DNA of 64,000 nucleotides from an uncultured Flavobacteriaceae bacterium (GTDB lineage Bacteria; Bacteroidota; Bacteroidia; Flavobacteriales; Flavobacteriaceae). The translations under genes and the position numbers were made by a program. A model generated the notes under the pieces. That model was given only the letters and a program-made list of their open reading frames with translations. It was not told the origin of the DNA and searched no databases. The stretch lies in the NCBI GenBank assembly GCA_937959395.1, contig CALGLR010000055.1:9603-73602 (forward strand). Reading direction: 5' to 3'. Positions within the stretch are counted from its first letter, which is position 1. The number at the start of each line of letters is the position of its first letter. Shown here piece by piece: positions 1 to 10,465 of the stretch.

Positions 1-138
1 TTATTTATTTACCTTCTGTAGAAATTGTTTTCCAGGTTTTTGAGCACTAATATTAGATTTTTTAGATTGTTGTCTAAGAATAGGTGGAATGTCTAAACTA
101 ATTAAGGTGGCGTTAATATAATTAAGTATTCTGTTCAT
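1..138 (-). CDS. hypothetical small protein (45 aa), not in ORF track
   Basis: Hand translation of the minus strand gives a complete ATG(136-138)..TAA(1-3) frame: MNRILNYINATLISLDIPPILRQQSKKSNISAQKPGKQFLQKVNK. No family recognised. Confidence 0.2.
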   Translation of the reverse strand: MNRILNYINATLISLDIPPILRQQSKKSNISAQKPGKQFLQKVNK

Positions 139-271
139 AAATTTGTATTTAATGCTATTAAAATACAATCAATTAGGGGGTGATCTTCATTTACAATTTA
201 AGCAAAAAAAAACAATTATTAACTTATTAAGCATATTTTTCGACGAAATATTCGGTTTCGCCTTAAAATCA

Positions 272-883
272 TTAGATTTTAAGCGGTTTTGTTGAATTAT
301 CCTCAAGCCTTAATGCTGAATAATCTAACTGCCATCCTATAGTTTCTACAATATTTTCAACCAACATTAACGTTTCTAAGGCTTCTTGTTTTGCAACTTC
401 ATAAAGGCCACTTTCTGGTACTTTATCTCTAATATGCTGCTTTGCTTCTTTTTGCAAACCTGTTAAATCTTGTGTTTCGAATTTATTAAAAAGACCATCC
501 GTTTTATCGTAATAATCAATATTAGTTTCGATAGAAAGAATCTCTGGCATAGGAAATTCATTCAATATAATTTGTCTCTTTTTGTGATTGGCTTCCATTT
601 TAATCTTTTTTAGATCAAACCCCACATGTGCTTTTGCTTTTATAACTACTAATGCTTTTTTCTTACTAGTAATTAATTTTAAAAACCGCTCTTTTACATC
701 TTCATAATGATAGATTTCTGCAAAATCGCCTTCTACGCTAATGATCTTACACACCTTTCTTATCTTATCTAATAGTAGTGTAGATTGCGAACTAGCTAAT
801 TGCTTAGATTTATAATTTCTAAATGCTGTATAAACGCCTAATGCTATAAGTGCGCCTATTATAAATGCGAGAAATAGTTCCAT
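272..883 (-). CDS. DUF4230-like membrane-anchored protein
   Basis: 203-aa ORF with one N-terminal TM helix followed by a soluble domain. Layout resembles DUF4230 proteins of Bacteroidota; recognition from memory only. Confidence 0.5.
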   Translation of the reverse strand: MELFLAFIIGALIALGVYTAFRNYKSKQLASSQSTLLLDKIRKVCKIISVEGDFAEIYHYEDVKERFLKLITSKKKALVVIKAKAHVGFDLKKIKMEANHKKRQIILNEFPMPEILSIETNIDYYDKTDGLFNKFETQDLTGLQKEAKQHIRDKVPESGLYEVAKQEALETLMLVENIVETIGWQLDYSALRLEDNSTKPLKI

Positions 884-885
884 GA

Positions 886-1635
886 TTAATCTTCTATTTT
901 ATATAATATAGGTTTACTGGGCGAAGCATCATTTTCAAATGGAGCAATTTGAAGATTTAATACATATTTACCGTCTTTAATCTTATTGGGCACATATATA
1001 AATTCTGTAATCGTTGCTTCTTTACGAATATTCCCATTTACATCCCAAAAAGCCTTATGCGCCAACAGTTCTCCATCATCTTTTTCTTTATCGATACTTG
1101 GTAAATCTATTAGCAAATGTTTAATCCCTCTGTTTCTAATAAAAATGGCAGCTTCTTCAGTTAAATAAGGCCAATTAGTATTAGAATATTGTTTTGATTT
1201 TTTATCTTTTGTATTTGGCATCGTTCTTATAACTACCGCCTCTGGCTTTCTCGTTTTTAATAAATACTTCAATTGAGTATCAGAAATCACATAATCTCCT
1301 CCAATTAGTTCTGGAGCTACAGTAATCACTTCAGCAGTAAATATAAATTGCTTTAAACACTTGTTAATACTATATAATTTTTCCGTTACATGTCCAACAC
1401 ACTCTGTATGTGTACCATGAGCATGTGGGTTGAAATAAATATTATTAAAATTAACATCGCCACCTTCTTTAACACTTCCCACCCATTCTTCTGAACTTAC
1501 AGGCTCTATTTTTGGCGGATCCAAATACCATACATTTACATTGGCATTATTTCCTGTAAGCGGAATAGAGATGTCTATTGGTTTTGATAAATCGATATTT
1601 AAAACTCTGTTGTTTAATCGTATTGTAGTCTTCAT
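886..1635 (-). CDS. cyclase family protein (kynurenine formamidase-like)
   Basis: HAHGTHTECVGH fits the HxGTHxD/E..H metal-binding signature of the putative cyclase family. Confidence 0.65.
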   Translation of the reverse strand: MKTTIRLNNRVLNIDLSKPIDISIPLTGNNANVNVWYLDPPKIEPVSSEEWVGSVKEGGDVNFNNIYFNPHAHGTHTECVGHVTEKLYSINKCLKQFIFTAEVITVAPELIGGDYVISDTQLKYLLKTRKPEAVVIRTMPNTKDKKSKQYSNTNWPYLTEEAAIFIRNRGIKHLLIDLPSIDKEKDDGELLAHKAFWDVNGNIRKEATITEFIYVPNKIKDGKYVLNLQIAPFENDASPSKPILYKIED

Positions 1636-1657
1636 TTATAGCTTCTAAAGAACGGTC

Positions 1658-2848
1658 TTAATTTATTAGTTTAAACAAATGGGAAGCAATTCCATCACTT
1701 AGAAATTGACCTTCTTGCGTTGTTTTTATATTTCCATTATCAATATACAACAAATCTCGTTCCAAATAATTTTGGGCTTGTTCTAGTAGATATGTTTTAA
1801 AAGAGAGACCAAATTCAGTTTCAATTTTAGATAATGAAACGCCCCATATCGTTCTTAAGCCTGTCATTACACTTTCATTGTATTTATCGTTTATAGTAAG
1901 AGTTTCTATTTCTATTGGCAAAATATTCTCTTCTAGAGATTTAATATATTTTGTGTTATTTCTCACATTCCATCCCCGTTGGCTCCCATTAAACGAATGT
2001 GCAGATGGACCAATGCCTATATAGGATTTTCCTTGCCAATATGCTGTATTATTTTTACTAAAAAAGCCTTCAGTTCCAAAGTTGGATAATTCGTAATGAA
2101 CAAAATGTGCTGCTTTTAATTTCTCTGTTAAAATAGTAAACTGTTCATGAGCCTTATCATCATCTATATTTGCTATTATTCCTTTTTTTATATAATTGGC
2201 TAATGCTGTTTTTGGCTCAACTGTTAAAGCGTAGCTAGAAATATGAGGCACGTTATATGAGAGTGCGATATCAATATTTTCCTCCCACTCTTTATTTGTA
2301 GTTCCAGGAATACCATAAATTAAATCTACCGATATATTATCGAAATATTGAGTCGCTTCTTCTATACATTTTTTTGCTTCTGAAGCGTTATGTGCGCGAT
2401 TCATAAGTTTTAAATCTTTTTCAAAAAAAGATTGAATACCAATACTTAATCGGTTAACTCTACTTTTTGATAATTCAATGATTTTTGCCGTATTTAAGTC
2501 GTCTGGATTGGCTTCTAAAGTAATTTCTGGAAGCTTAGTTACCTTATAATTTTTATAAACGGTATCAATTAATAATCGCAATTCACCAATAGATAATAAA
2601 CTTGGTGTGCCGCCTCCAAAATAAATAGTGTCTACAGTCGTATTTTTAAATTCACTTTTACGCAACTCTAATTCTTTCACCAAAGACAAAACAAGTTTCT
2701 CCTTATTCTTTAAAGATGTTGAAAAATGAAAATCACAATAATGACAAGCTTGTTTACAAAATGGGATATGTATGTAGATGCCTGACTCCCCTTCTAGCTT
2801 CCCCAAAGGGGAAGAACTCTTATTCGGCTCTTTTTGAAGTATTTTCAA
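1658..2848 (-). CDS. hemW: radical SAM heme chaperone HemW (HemN-like, oxygen-independent coproporphyrinogen oxidase family)
   Basis: IYIHIPFCKQACHYCDF carries the CxxxCxxC radical-SAM motif at the canonical N-terminal position. No ATG lies upstream of the motif, only TTG at 2848 or 2806. The first codons run through a palindromic repeat. Confidence 0.85.
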   Translation of the reverse strand: MKILQKEPNKSSSPLGKLEGESGIYIHIPFCKQACHYCDFHFSTSLKNKEKLVLSLVKELELRKSEFKNTTVDTIYFGGGTPSLLSIGELRLLIDTVYKNYKVTKLPEITLEANPDDLNTAKIIELSKSRVNRLSIGIQSFFEKDLKLMNRAHNASEAKKCIEEATQYFDNISVDLIYGIPGTTNKEWEENIDIALSYNVPHISSYALTVEPKTALANYIKKGIIANIDDDKAHEQFTILTEKLKAAHFVHYELSNFGTEGFFSKNNTAYWQGKSYIGIGPSAHSFNGSQRGWNVRNNTKYIKSLEENILPIEIETLTINDKYNESVMTGLRTIWGVSLSKIETEFGLSFKTYLLEQAQNYLERDLLYIDNGNIKTTQEGQFLSDGIASHLFKLIN

Positions 2849-2926
2849 AACAATTAGGTTTCTCTTTTAAGTTTAATAAATTTTTGATTAACGAATTACG
2901 ATTTTAGAAGAGCGAAGAAAGCTTAT

Positions 2927-3514
2927 TTATTTCCCCTTTGGGGATTTAAGGGGATTTTTCACCCGTTTCTCATTCTGTTTCACAAAGCTAGACCATCCAG
3001 AATAACTTTTTCCAATTTCAACACGTCCTTGGTTATAAAAATGACATACTGCCGCGGCTAAACCATCCATAGAATCTAAATTCTTAGGTATTGTTTTTAA
3101 CCCCAACATGCTTTGTAACATTTTAGCGACTTGTTCTTTACTCGCATTACCATTGCCTGTAACTGCCATTTTAATTTTTTTTGGAGAATACTCAGTTATT
3201 GGCACTTCTCGAGATAAGCCTGCAGCCATTGCAACACCTTGAGCACGCCCAAGTTTTAACATACTTTGCACGTTTTTACCAAAAAAAGGCGCTTCGATAG
3301 CAATCTCATCCGGATGATGCGTATCTATAAGTTCTATAGTTCGTTCAAAAATTAATTTTAATTTTAAATAATGGTCGCTATACTTTTTAAGGTCTAACTC
3401 ATTTAGTTGAAGAAAAGACATCTTCTTATTAACTACCTTTATAAGTCCAAAACCCATAATAGTTGTTCCAGGATCTATACCCAATATAATTTTTTCACTT
3501 TCCATTAGTTGCAA
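2927..3514 (-). CDS. ruvC: crossover junction endodeoxyribonuclease RuvC
   Basis: ILGIDPGTTIMGFG N-terminus, conserved acidic residues and ~190 aa size. The C-terminal codons run into a palindromic repeat. Confidence 0.9.
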   Translation of the reverse strand: MQLMESEKIILGIDPGTTIMGFGLIKVVNKKMSFLQLNELDLKKYSDHYLKLKLIFERTIELIDTHHPDEIAIEAPFFGKNVQSMLKLGRAQGVAMAAGLSREVPITEYSPKKIKMAVTGNGNASKEQVAKMLQSMLGLKTIPKNLDSMDGLAAAVCHFYNQGRVEIGKSYSGWSSFVKQNEKRVKNPLKSPKGK

Positions 3515-4131
3515 TATTTACAACCACTTAAAGACACCGAAAGACCTAATGTTACTGTTAAAAGATTACTATTAAAAGAACCTTGCCCTGAAGTAAGAGG
3601 ATCAAATTCTTTTGCAAACCCATAAATATAAGAACCATCCACATAAGTAGAAACTGTTTTAGACAATGCATAATGCAACTCTACACCACCCATAACATTA
3701 ATAAAAGAAATATCATTATTTCTAAATTCGCCTAGTGGTTTTATCATAGAATAACCTGGTCCTGCATGAAAAACCAATCCCATACCTATAGGCAAAAAAG
3801 TAATACTTGAAGTTGTATCATATACAAACTGAGCATTAATACGGGTATAATTAAGTTTAAATTCTGGTGTATCATCATCATTAGAAATACGGTTATGACC
3901 TAAATCTAACTTGACTCCTATTTTTTGTTTTAACATATTCTGTACGCCAATATTAATAGTAGGAAAGTTGGTTCCCTTGGCTACAAAAGGTCTAACAAAG
4001 CCATCTTGAGAAGGAGAATTAATACCTAAAGCGAATTGTAATTTCCATTTACTTTCATCTAATTGTCCATAACTAAACGAAAAACTTAAAAGACAAATAG
4101 TAAATAAACAATAGTATTTAAATGTATGCAT
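3505..4131 (-). CDS. outer-membrane beta-barrel (porin-family) protein
   Basis: Signal peptide (MHTFKYYCLFTICLLSFSFSYGQ) and alternating amphipathic beta-strand pattern over ~185 aa. Confidence 0.5.
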   Translation of the reverse strand: MHTFKYYCLFTICLLSFSFSYGQLDESKWKLQFALGINSPSQDGFVRPFVAKGTNFPTINIGVQNMLKQKIGVKLDLGHNRISNDDDTPEFKLNYTRINAQFVYDTTSSITFLPIGMGLVFHAGPGYSMIKPLGEFRNNDISFINVMGGVELHYALSKTVSTYVDGSYIYGFAKEFDPLTSGQGSFNSNLLTVTLGLSVSLSGCKYCN

Positions 4132-4159
4132 TAGATTATATTTAAGTTATTTTGCAATT

Positions 4160-5128
4160 GTGATTTCTAAATTACCCTACAAAACTAAACAATTCTTTTT
4201 TGTACTCATTAAACTGAGTATTGTCTTTGGGGCTTTTTATTTTATTTACAATAAACTCACAACGAACAACAAACTCGATTTCAACGTTTTTGTTACATTT
4301 TTAAGCGAAAAAGCTTTTTTTACACCTAAAAACGTTTCTTTTTTACTCATTTTAACCTGTTTTAACTGGTTTTTTGAAATCACAAAGTGGAAAACCCTAA
4401 CCAGTTCTCTAAAAAAAATCAGCTTTACTGAGGCTCTTGGTCAAAGCTTAGGCTCTTTAACGGCCTCACTTTTCACACCTAATAGAATAGGTGAATACGG
4501 CGCTAAAGCAATTTACTTCAAAACAAAATATAGAAAACGAGTCCTTCTACTTAATTTCATGAGTAATGCCATGCAAATGAGTGTCACCTTATTATTTGGT
4601 TGTATTGGCCTTTTTCTTTTAACACAGCAAAACAATATTGAAATAAATTTTATTAGAGTTTCTCGTGGTCTACTATTTATCATTACTCTAACGTTATTAA
4701 CTATTGTTGGCATTAAGCAAAATAAATACAAGATAAAAGGGTTTACGATTACAAAAATTAAACATTTTATTAACGACCTCCCTTTAAGAATTAAATTAAT
4801 TCCCTGGCTTTTATCTGTTTTGAGATATCTTATTTTTTCATATCAATTTTATTTTTTGTTATCAATTTTCAATATTGAATTGAACTATTTAGAAGCTATG
4901 GTATATATCACTTCATTATATTTATTAAGCTCACTTTTGCCTTCTATATTTATTTTAGATGTGGTTGTAAAAGGAAGTATTGCTATTTATTTATTTTCCT
5001 TCATTAATATAAATGAGCTTACTATTTTAGCAGTAATTACCCTTATGTGGTTATTAAATGTAGTAATTCCAAGTTTTTTTGGTAGCTTTTATGTCCTTAA
5101 CTTTAATTGGCCAAGAAACGAAAACTAA
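4160..5128 (+). CDS. UPF0104 / lysylphosphatidylglycerol-synthase-like transmembrane protein
   Basis: GTG start, polytopic membrane protein, directly abuts the downstream GT2 gene (stop 5128, next ATG 5129). This is a frequent pairing. Confidence 0.55.
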   Translation: MISKLPYKTKQFFFVLIKLSIVFGAFYFIYNKLTTNNKLDFNVFVTFLSEKAFFTPKNVSFLLILTCFNWFFEITKWKTLTSSLKKISFTEALGQSLGSLTASLFTPNRIGEYGAKAIYFKTKYRKRVLLLNFMSNAMQMSVTLLFGCIGLFLLTQQNNIEINFIRVSRGLLFIITLTLLTIVGIKQNKYKIKGFTITKIKHFINDLPLRIKLIPWLLSVLRYLIFSYQFYFLLSIFNIELNYLEAMVYITSLYLLSSLLPSIFILDVVVKGSIAIYLFSFININELTILAVITLMWLLNVVIPSFFGSFYVLNFNWPRNEN

Positions 5129-6253
5129 ATGTCAATACTTATTTTAACCATAGCATTACTTTACACCTTTTTAATAGGCTATTTTGTGATTGGCTTTAAT
5201 CGTCTCCCTTCTTTTTTTGAAGAAAATACTAATCCTGAAACTAAATTCTCAATTATTATTCCTTTTAGAAATGAAGCTAAAAATTTACCCGAATTATTGG
5301 AGTCTTTAAAACATTTAAATTATTCTAAAGATTTATATGAATGTATTTTTATTGATGATGAATCTAATGACAACTCTGTTTTAATTATAACTGAAGCATT
5401 TAAAAATACCACTACACCGTTTCACATCATAAAGAATACTCGGGTGAGTAATTCTCCAAAAAAAGATGCCATTACCAAAGCCATAAATATGGCAAAAAAC
5501 AAATGGATTATTACTACTGATGCCGATTGCGTTTTACCAGAATTCTGGCTAGATATTTTCGATTGTTTTATTCAAAAAAACAATCCTTTATTTATATCTG
5601 GCCCGGTAAGTTATTACGATAACGATTCTTTTTTAAAACGTTTCCAAGCCTTAGATTTTATGAGTTTAATAGGCGCTACAATTGGTGGTTTTGGAATAAA
5701 AAAACCATTTTTATGCAACGGTGCTAATTTAGCTTATAAAAAAGATTTCTTTTTCGATAGTAATGGTTTTAAAGGCAATGATACTATTGCTAGTGGTGAT
5801 GATATTTTTTTATTAGAAAAAGCATTAAAAAAGCATCCTAAAAAAACACTCTTTTTAAAAAACAACAAAGCCATAGTACTAACAAAACCAGAATCCAGTT
5901 TAAAAAATTTAAGTACCCAAAGAGTAAGATGGGCATCAAAAACATCAAATTACAATAACTGGTTTGGAAAATTTACGGGATTAATTGTATTACTTATGAA
6001 TGGGTTATTAGTAGGTACTTTTACATTAAGTTTCTTACAGTTATTTCCCTTTAAAACCTTTGGTTATTTATTTCTTATTAAGTTTGCTGTCGACTTTTTA
6101 TTACTCTTCAAAACAACCCGGTTTTTTAATAATGAAAAACTACTTCGCTCTTATTTAATATCTAGCCTCCTCTATCCTGTTTTTAGTATTTACATTGCTT
6201 TTAAAGCTTTATTTTCTTCTTATAAATGGAAAGGGAGACAGTTCTCAAAATAA
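5129..6253 (+). CDS. family 2 glycosyltransferase (membrane-bound)
   Basis: FSIIIPFRNE..IFIDDESNDNS..TDADC GT-A fold motifs, QRVRW-type motif (TQRVRWASK), flanking TM helices. Confidence 0.8.
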   Translation: MSILILTIALLYTFLIGYFVIGFNRLPSFFEENTNPETKFSIIIPFRNEAKNLPELLESLKHLNYSKDLYECIFIDDESNDNSVLIITEAFKNTTTPFHIIKNTRVSNSPKKDAITKAINMAKNKWIITTDADCVLPEFWLDIFDCFIQKNNPLFISGPVSYYDNDSFLKRFQALDFMSLIGATIGGFGIKKPFLCNGANLAYKKDFFFDSNGFKGNDTIASGDDIFLLEKALKKHPKKTLFLKNNKAIVLTKPESSLKNLSTQRVRWASKTSNYNNWFGKFTGLIVLLMNGLLVGTFTLSFLQLFPFKTFGYLFLIKFAVDFLLLFKTTRFFNNEKLLRSYLISSLLYPVFSIYIAFKALFSSYKWKGRQFSK

Positions 6254-6338
6254 CTGTAACAATCCAACTATATAACTGTATTTCTAGGCTATCATTCCTT
6301 TTTTTTTTACATTTACTATAAATCCAATCTACAGAACA

Positions 6339-7214
6339 ATGAAAAAACTACTTTTTTTATGTTGCCTTATGGCTTTTAATTCTTCTTTAATTGCTCAAGA
6401 AAACTATACGATTAACGGTGAAAATTTAGAACTTAAAACGGAAGTAGACGGCACTATTGATTTATTATGGAATACCATAAATGGACAATACCGTTACTTT
6501 ATTAAAGAGGCAAATAACACGATTACCGAATTAAAAAATGAAAAAGACGCAAATAACAAATACCAAAATGAATACCAACAAACTTTAAAGAATCTTACAG
6601 GGAAAGATGCCTCCAAAATAAAGCTCACATTGTATTCTATTAAGAAATTTGTTAATGATTATAATGCTTCTCAAGATGCTAATTATTCTTTTTCTGAAAA
6701 TAAAGCCGTTTTAAAATCGCGATTAGGCATTTTTGGAGGCCTAACAAATAATCGTTTTCTAACCAACCCAGATAATATTAAAACCGGAACTTTCTCTGCC
6801 GAATTCGAGGTTTTTGGTGCTAAATTAATGACTAAACATGCTGGTTTTGCTAGTATGAAACATACGCTTAGTAAAGATGAGTTCGATTATACAGCGACTC
6901 AAATTGCTTTAGGATATCGTTACCGATTTATTAATAAAGACTGTTTTAATATTTATGCGCAAACCAAATTTGCGACTTATACTTTTTCAAAATCTAAAGA
7001 AACAATACCTTCTCTTGAAGACCCTAATACCTTAATAGAAATAGAAGATTCTGGAAACGCTTTTGATGCGCCTTTTATTTTTGGATTAGGAGCCGATTTC
7101 AAATTAGGAAATGGTTATGCTAGTATTATTTATGATTCTCTATTTGCGTTATTAATAGATAATAAAGATAATTTCCCAATAGATTTTTCGATTGGATACA
7201 AGTTTAATTTATAG
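6339..7214 (+). CDS. hypothetical secreted/outer-membrane protein
   Basis: Signal peptide MKKLLFLCCLMAFNSSLIAQ. The C-terminal half has a beta-rich pattern ending in F-x-L. Confidence 0.45.
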   Translation: MKKLLFLCCLMAFNSSLIAQENYTINGENLELKTEVDGTIDLLWNTINGQYRYFIKEANNTITELKNEKDANNKYQNEYQQTLKNLTGKDASKIKLTLYSIKKFVNDYNASQDANYSFSENKAVLKSRLGIFGGLTNNRFLTNPDNIKTGTFSAEFEVFGAKLMTKHAGFASMKHTLSKDEFDYTATQIALGYRYRFINKDCFNIYAQTKFATYTFSKSKETIPSLEDPNTLIEIEDSGNAFDAPFIFGLGADFKLGNGYASIIYDSLFALLIDNKDNFPIDFSIGYKFNL

Positions 7215-7948
7215 TGGCCTTATTTAATAAAACATCTAACCCAGCTTTTTCACGATACTTCTGGGAACATTCTAATACTCGCGATAATAAAATGACTGTT
7301 AAAGGCATTTTATTAAAATCATTACTTTCTATTTTTCTCATTATATGCATTATTAGTTTTTTATGGGACATGCATAGTAAAGGGGTTAATCTTAAATGGT
7401 ATGGCCTTGGAGGTATGATTAGCGCTATTATAATAAGCATTGTAATATCTGTAAGACAGCAATGGGCCTATTTTTTAGTTCCGCTTTATGCTATAGCTAA
7501 AGGTTTTTTTCTAGGTAGTTTTACGGCCTACGTTCACGATACGTTTCCAAACATGCCTTATCAAGCCATTGGAGTTACTGTTATTACTTTTTTTGTCGTT
7601 TTAATACTTTATCAAACGCGTATAATTGTAGTAACAAAAAAACTTAGAAGCGTTATTATTACTGCTTGCGCTAGTATTTTTATAGTTTATATTATTTCTT
7701 GGATTTTAAGCATATTCGGGATTAAATCTTTTATATGGGGAACCTCATGGATAGCTATAGGTTTTAATGTTGTTGCAGCTATTTTTGCAGCCTTAGCTTT
7801 ATTATTGGATTTTGATTTTATAGAACGCTATAAGAATAAAGCCTCTAAAGACAAAGAATGGCTAGCCACATGGGGATTACTAGTAACTATTATTTGGTTG
7901 TATATTGAAATTTTAAGACTGATGCGCAAATTTGCAATTCGTTTTTAA
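7214..7948 (+). CDS. Bax inhibitor-1/YccA family membrane protein
   Basis: GTG start, N-terminal FNKTSNPAFS motif, then about 7 TM helices and a charged C-terminus. Confidence 0.6.
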   Translation: MALFNKTSNPAFSRYFWEHSNTRDNKMTVKGILLKSLLSIFLIICIISFLWDMHSKGVNLKWYGLGGMISAIIISIVISVRQQWAYFLVPLYAIAKGFFLGSFTAYVHDTFPNMPYQAIGVTVITFFVVLILYQTRIIVVTKKLRSVIITACASIFIVYIISWILSIFGIKSFIWGTSWIAIGFNVVAAIFAALALLLDFDFIERYKNKASKDKEWLATWGLLVTIIWLYIEILRLMRKFAIRF

Positions 7949-8116
7949 CCCTACTTATGAATTAGAACTTCGTTATGAAGCTGAAAGACGTAATAAATAT
8001 TGATATTTTCTTGATTTCAGCATAGCACCGCTATGGTTAAATTAAAAAATATAGTGCAACGGTAATGTTTGAAGTGGTTTTCAGCTGTAATAGATTTTCT
8101 AATGCATAAAACGGGT

Positions 8117-8593
8117 TTAATTAACGCGAACTTCTAAAGGCAATTTAAACGCAGTTTTAACCTGCTGACCTCGTTTTATCGCTGGATAAATTTTAGGCAA
8201 ACGGTCTAGACTCTCCTCTATTTTAGTCCTAATATTTGGTATTTCTAGTTCAGTTAATTCATTAACTTTTATATCTGTTAAGTTTAACAGACCTTCTTCA
8301 GAAATTTCAAAAGCAATTACAATCGTGTCTTTTAAGTCTTGAGTAACTACAATTATTTCTTGTTGAAGGCTTTCCATAATATAGCTTGAAAGTGTAGACT
8401 CAAAACACACTTTCTTTTCTTCTTTAATTAAAGTACTATCGCATGAAGAGAATGTAGGATACACGTCGACTTCATTCCAACTAAATGTTTTGAGCTCTTC
8501 CTTTAAAATGGCTTCAGAAGTTGTCTTTTTTACATTAAAATAGTCGCACGAAATCAGCGTTAATAGTATAAAAAAAGGGAAAATTCGTTTCAT
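8117..8593 (-). CDS. hypothetical lipoprotein, TonB-C-like fold possible
   Basis: Start moved to the internal ATG (MKRIFPFFILLTLISC), which gives a lipobox. The upstream part of the track ORF has no support. Confidence 0.45.
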   Translation of the reverse strand: MKRIFPFFILLTLISCDYFNVKKTTSEAILKEELKTFSWNEVDVYPTFSSCDSTLIKEEKKVCFESTLSSYIMESLQQEIIVVTQDLKDTIVIAFEISEEGLLNLTDIKVNELTELEIPNIRTKIEESLDRLPKIYPAIKRGQQVKTAFKLPLEVRVN

Positions 8594-8717
8594 AAAAACT
8601 ATCAATGCTGAAAAATACAATATTTTAGTTAGTTTTCGTTCATCTACAGCGCTAATACCTATTTCTAATATAAATACCAATTATAACTTAAAATAGATCA
8701 TAATTGGTATAATAGAC

Positions 8718-8744
8718 AAAGCCGAAGACCACAGCTTCGGCTTT
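8718..8744 (-). terminator. intrinsic terminator hairpin downstream of blaR1-like gene
   Basis: AAAGCCGAAG-loop-CTTCGGCTTT 10-bp stem with a moderately U-rich tail on the minus strand. Confidence 0.5.
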
Positions 8745-8797
8745 AAACTAAAATGATTGCTTCCTGTGAGCGAAGTTGAAGAATAGTGATCTAACTT

Positions 8798-10084
8798 TTA
8801 CTCTTTAATCTTAAATTTTATTGGCAAATAATAAGGAACCGTAACCGCTTTTCCTCCATGAGTCCCTGGTATTAATTTTGGAAGCAAACCAACAACTCGT
8901 ATCGCTTCTTCTTCTAAATCAGGATGCGGTGCTCTTGCTTTCAATTCTTTTATTGTACCATCTTCAGAAATTTTGAAAAATACACTTATTTTTAGAACTC
9001 CGGTTAACCCTATATCATCTGCTAATTTTGTATTGAAGTTTTGACCAACTAGTTTATTTATATTCTTTGAAAAACACTTTTTCTGATCTTCTGCGTCTTC
9101 ACAACCTGGAAAAACTGGCACATTCTCTATTATTGAGAAAGCAACCTCATTGGTTTCTACTTTTTTCTCACTATTAAGGCTTTTTTTTTGTTCATACTTC
9201 AAGCTTTCGTCTTGATTTACATCATCACTTTCTTGGACACAAGCGGTATAAAATAGCATACCAACAATTGCTGGAATTAATAATAAATACTTAACTAAAC
9301 TCTGTTGTTTTGATTTTGATTTACTTAACATAATGATTCGTTTTTTGATTAATGATTTTTTAAAAAATGGATTGATAAATGAAATGTTTTTTACTGAAAA
9401 AGCTTGTGCTAATAAACGCTCGTAATAATGTTTCTTATTTTGTGTTATAACCACTTTATCATCGGCGATATACTCATGAAGCGTCGCAATTCTATTTTGA
9501 TAAATATATAGTAAAGGATTAAACCAAAATACGATACGTTGCGCTTCAAAAAATAGTAAATCTAATGAGTGCTTCTCTTTTACATGTATGGTTTCATGTG
9601 CCAATATGCTTTGTCTTTCATCTACATTTAATTGATCTCCAATAAAAACATAACGAAAAAAAGAAAATGCAGCATCACTATTTAATAATGTAATAATTGT
9701 TCCATATTCTGTTTTACTTTTCGGACTCTTAGAAATAAGATGTATTAATTTCACCATCTTTAAAATAAACATAACAAAAGCAAATAGCATTCCTAAATAC
9801 AATACATGTTGCATTGAAAAAGCAAACTCATTTACATTAACTCCGTTATTAGCATCTAATACGTTATTATTAATAACCACTTCCGGCAAACGAATAATAT
9901 ATTCTTGCGGAATTATGTTTTGAAAACTTTCTAATTTAATAAAAGGCAATACTAATGATAGAACACTAGTAATAATTAAATAGGCTCTATTGCAATTAAA
10001 AAACGTTTCTCGCTTTAAAAAAACATCGTAAATCACTATAAATAATAATTGAAATACAATGATTTGAATACTATAATGAATCAT
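8798..10084 (-). CDS. M56 family peptidase / BlaR1-like signal transducer with C-terminal TonB-like domain
   Basis: HETIHVKEKH zinc-metallopeptidase motif (HExxH) in the membrane part. C-terminal domain (VPVFPGC...KAVTVPYYLPIKFK) is typical of TonB C-terminal domains. 4-nt overlap with blaI. Confidence 0.8.
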   Translation of the reverse strand: MIHYSIQIIVFQLLFIVIYDVFLKRETFFNCNRAYLIITSVLSLVLPFIKLESFQNIIPQEYIIRLPEVVINNNVLDANNGVNVNEFAFSMQHVLYLGMLFAFVMFILKMVKLIHLISKSPKSKTEYGTIITLLNSDAAFSFFRYVFIGDQLNVDERQSILAHETIHVKEKHSLDLLFFEAQRIVFWFNPLLYIYQNRIATLHEYIADDKVVITQNKKHYYERLLAQAFSVKNISFINPFFKKSLIKKRIIMLSKSKSKQQSLVKYLLLIPAIVGMLFYTACVQESDDVNQDESLKYEQKKSLNSEKKVETNEVAFSIIENVPVFPGCEDAEDQKKCFSKNINKLVGQNFNTKLADDIGLTGVLKISVFFKISEDGTIKELKARAPHPDLEEEAIRVVGLLPKLIPGTHGGKAVTVPYYLPIKFKIKE

Positions 10085-10446
10085 AACTTTTCATTTTTAT
10101 TAATTTCTTTTAAAACCGATTCTAATTCATCTAAACTGATTTCATTTTTTTTCATAAAAAAGGAAACCATACTTTGAAATGATCCTTGAAAATAGTTATT
10201 TACTAATTTATTTATAGACTGGTTACTGTATTCTGTCTTTTTTAATACAGGGAAATAAATATGTCCCTTTCCTTTTTTTTCATAATCTACAAACCCCTTA
10301 GATTCTAAAATTCTTACTATCGTAGAAACAGTGTTATATGCAGGTTTTGGATCTGGTAATTCCTCTATTATCTGTTTTACATTGGCTTTTTCTAATTGCC
10401 ATAATACTTGCATTATATCTTCTTCTGCCTTTGTTAGTACTTTCAT
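10081..10446 (-). CDS. BlaI/MecI/CopY family transcriptional repressor
   Basis: 121-aa winged-helix protein (LTKAEEDIMQVLW...YNTVSTIVRILESKGFV) overlapping the downstream M56 gene. Confidence 0.85.
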   Translation of the reverse strand: MKVLTKAEEDIMQVLWQLEKANVKQIIEELPDPKPAYNTVSTIVRILESKGFVDYEKKGKGHIYFPVLKKTEYSNQSINKLVNNYFQGSFQSMVSFFMKKNEISLDELESVLKEINKNEKL

Positions 10447-10465
10447 TTTTTTATTTTGTTTTTCA

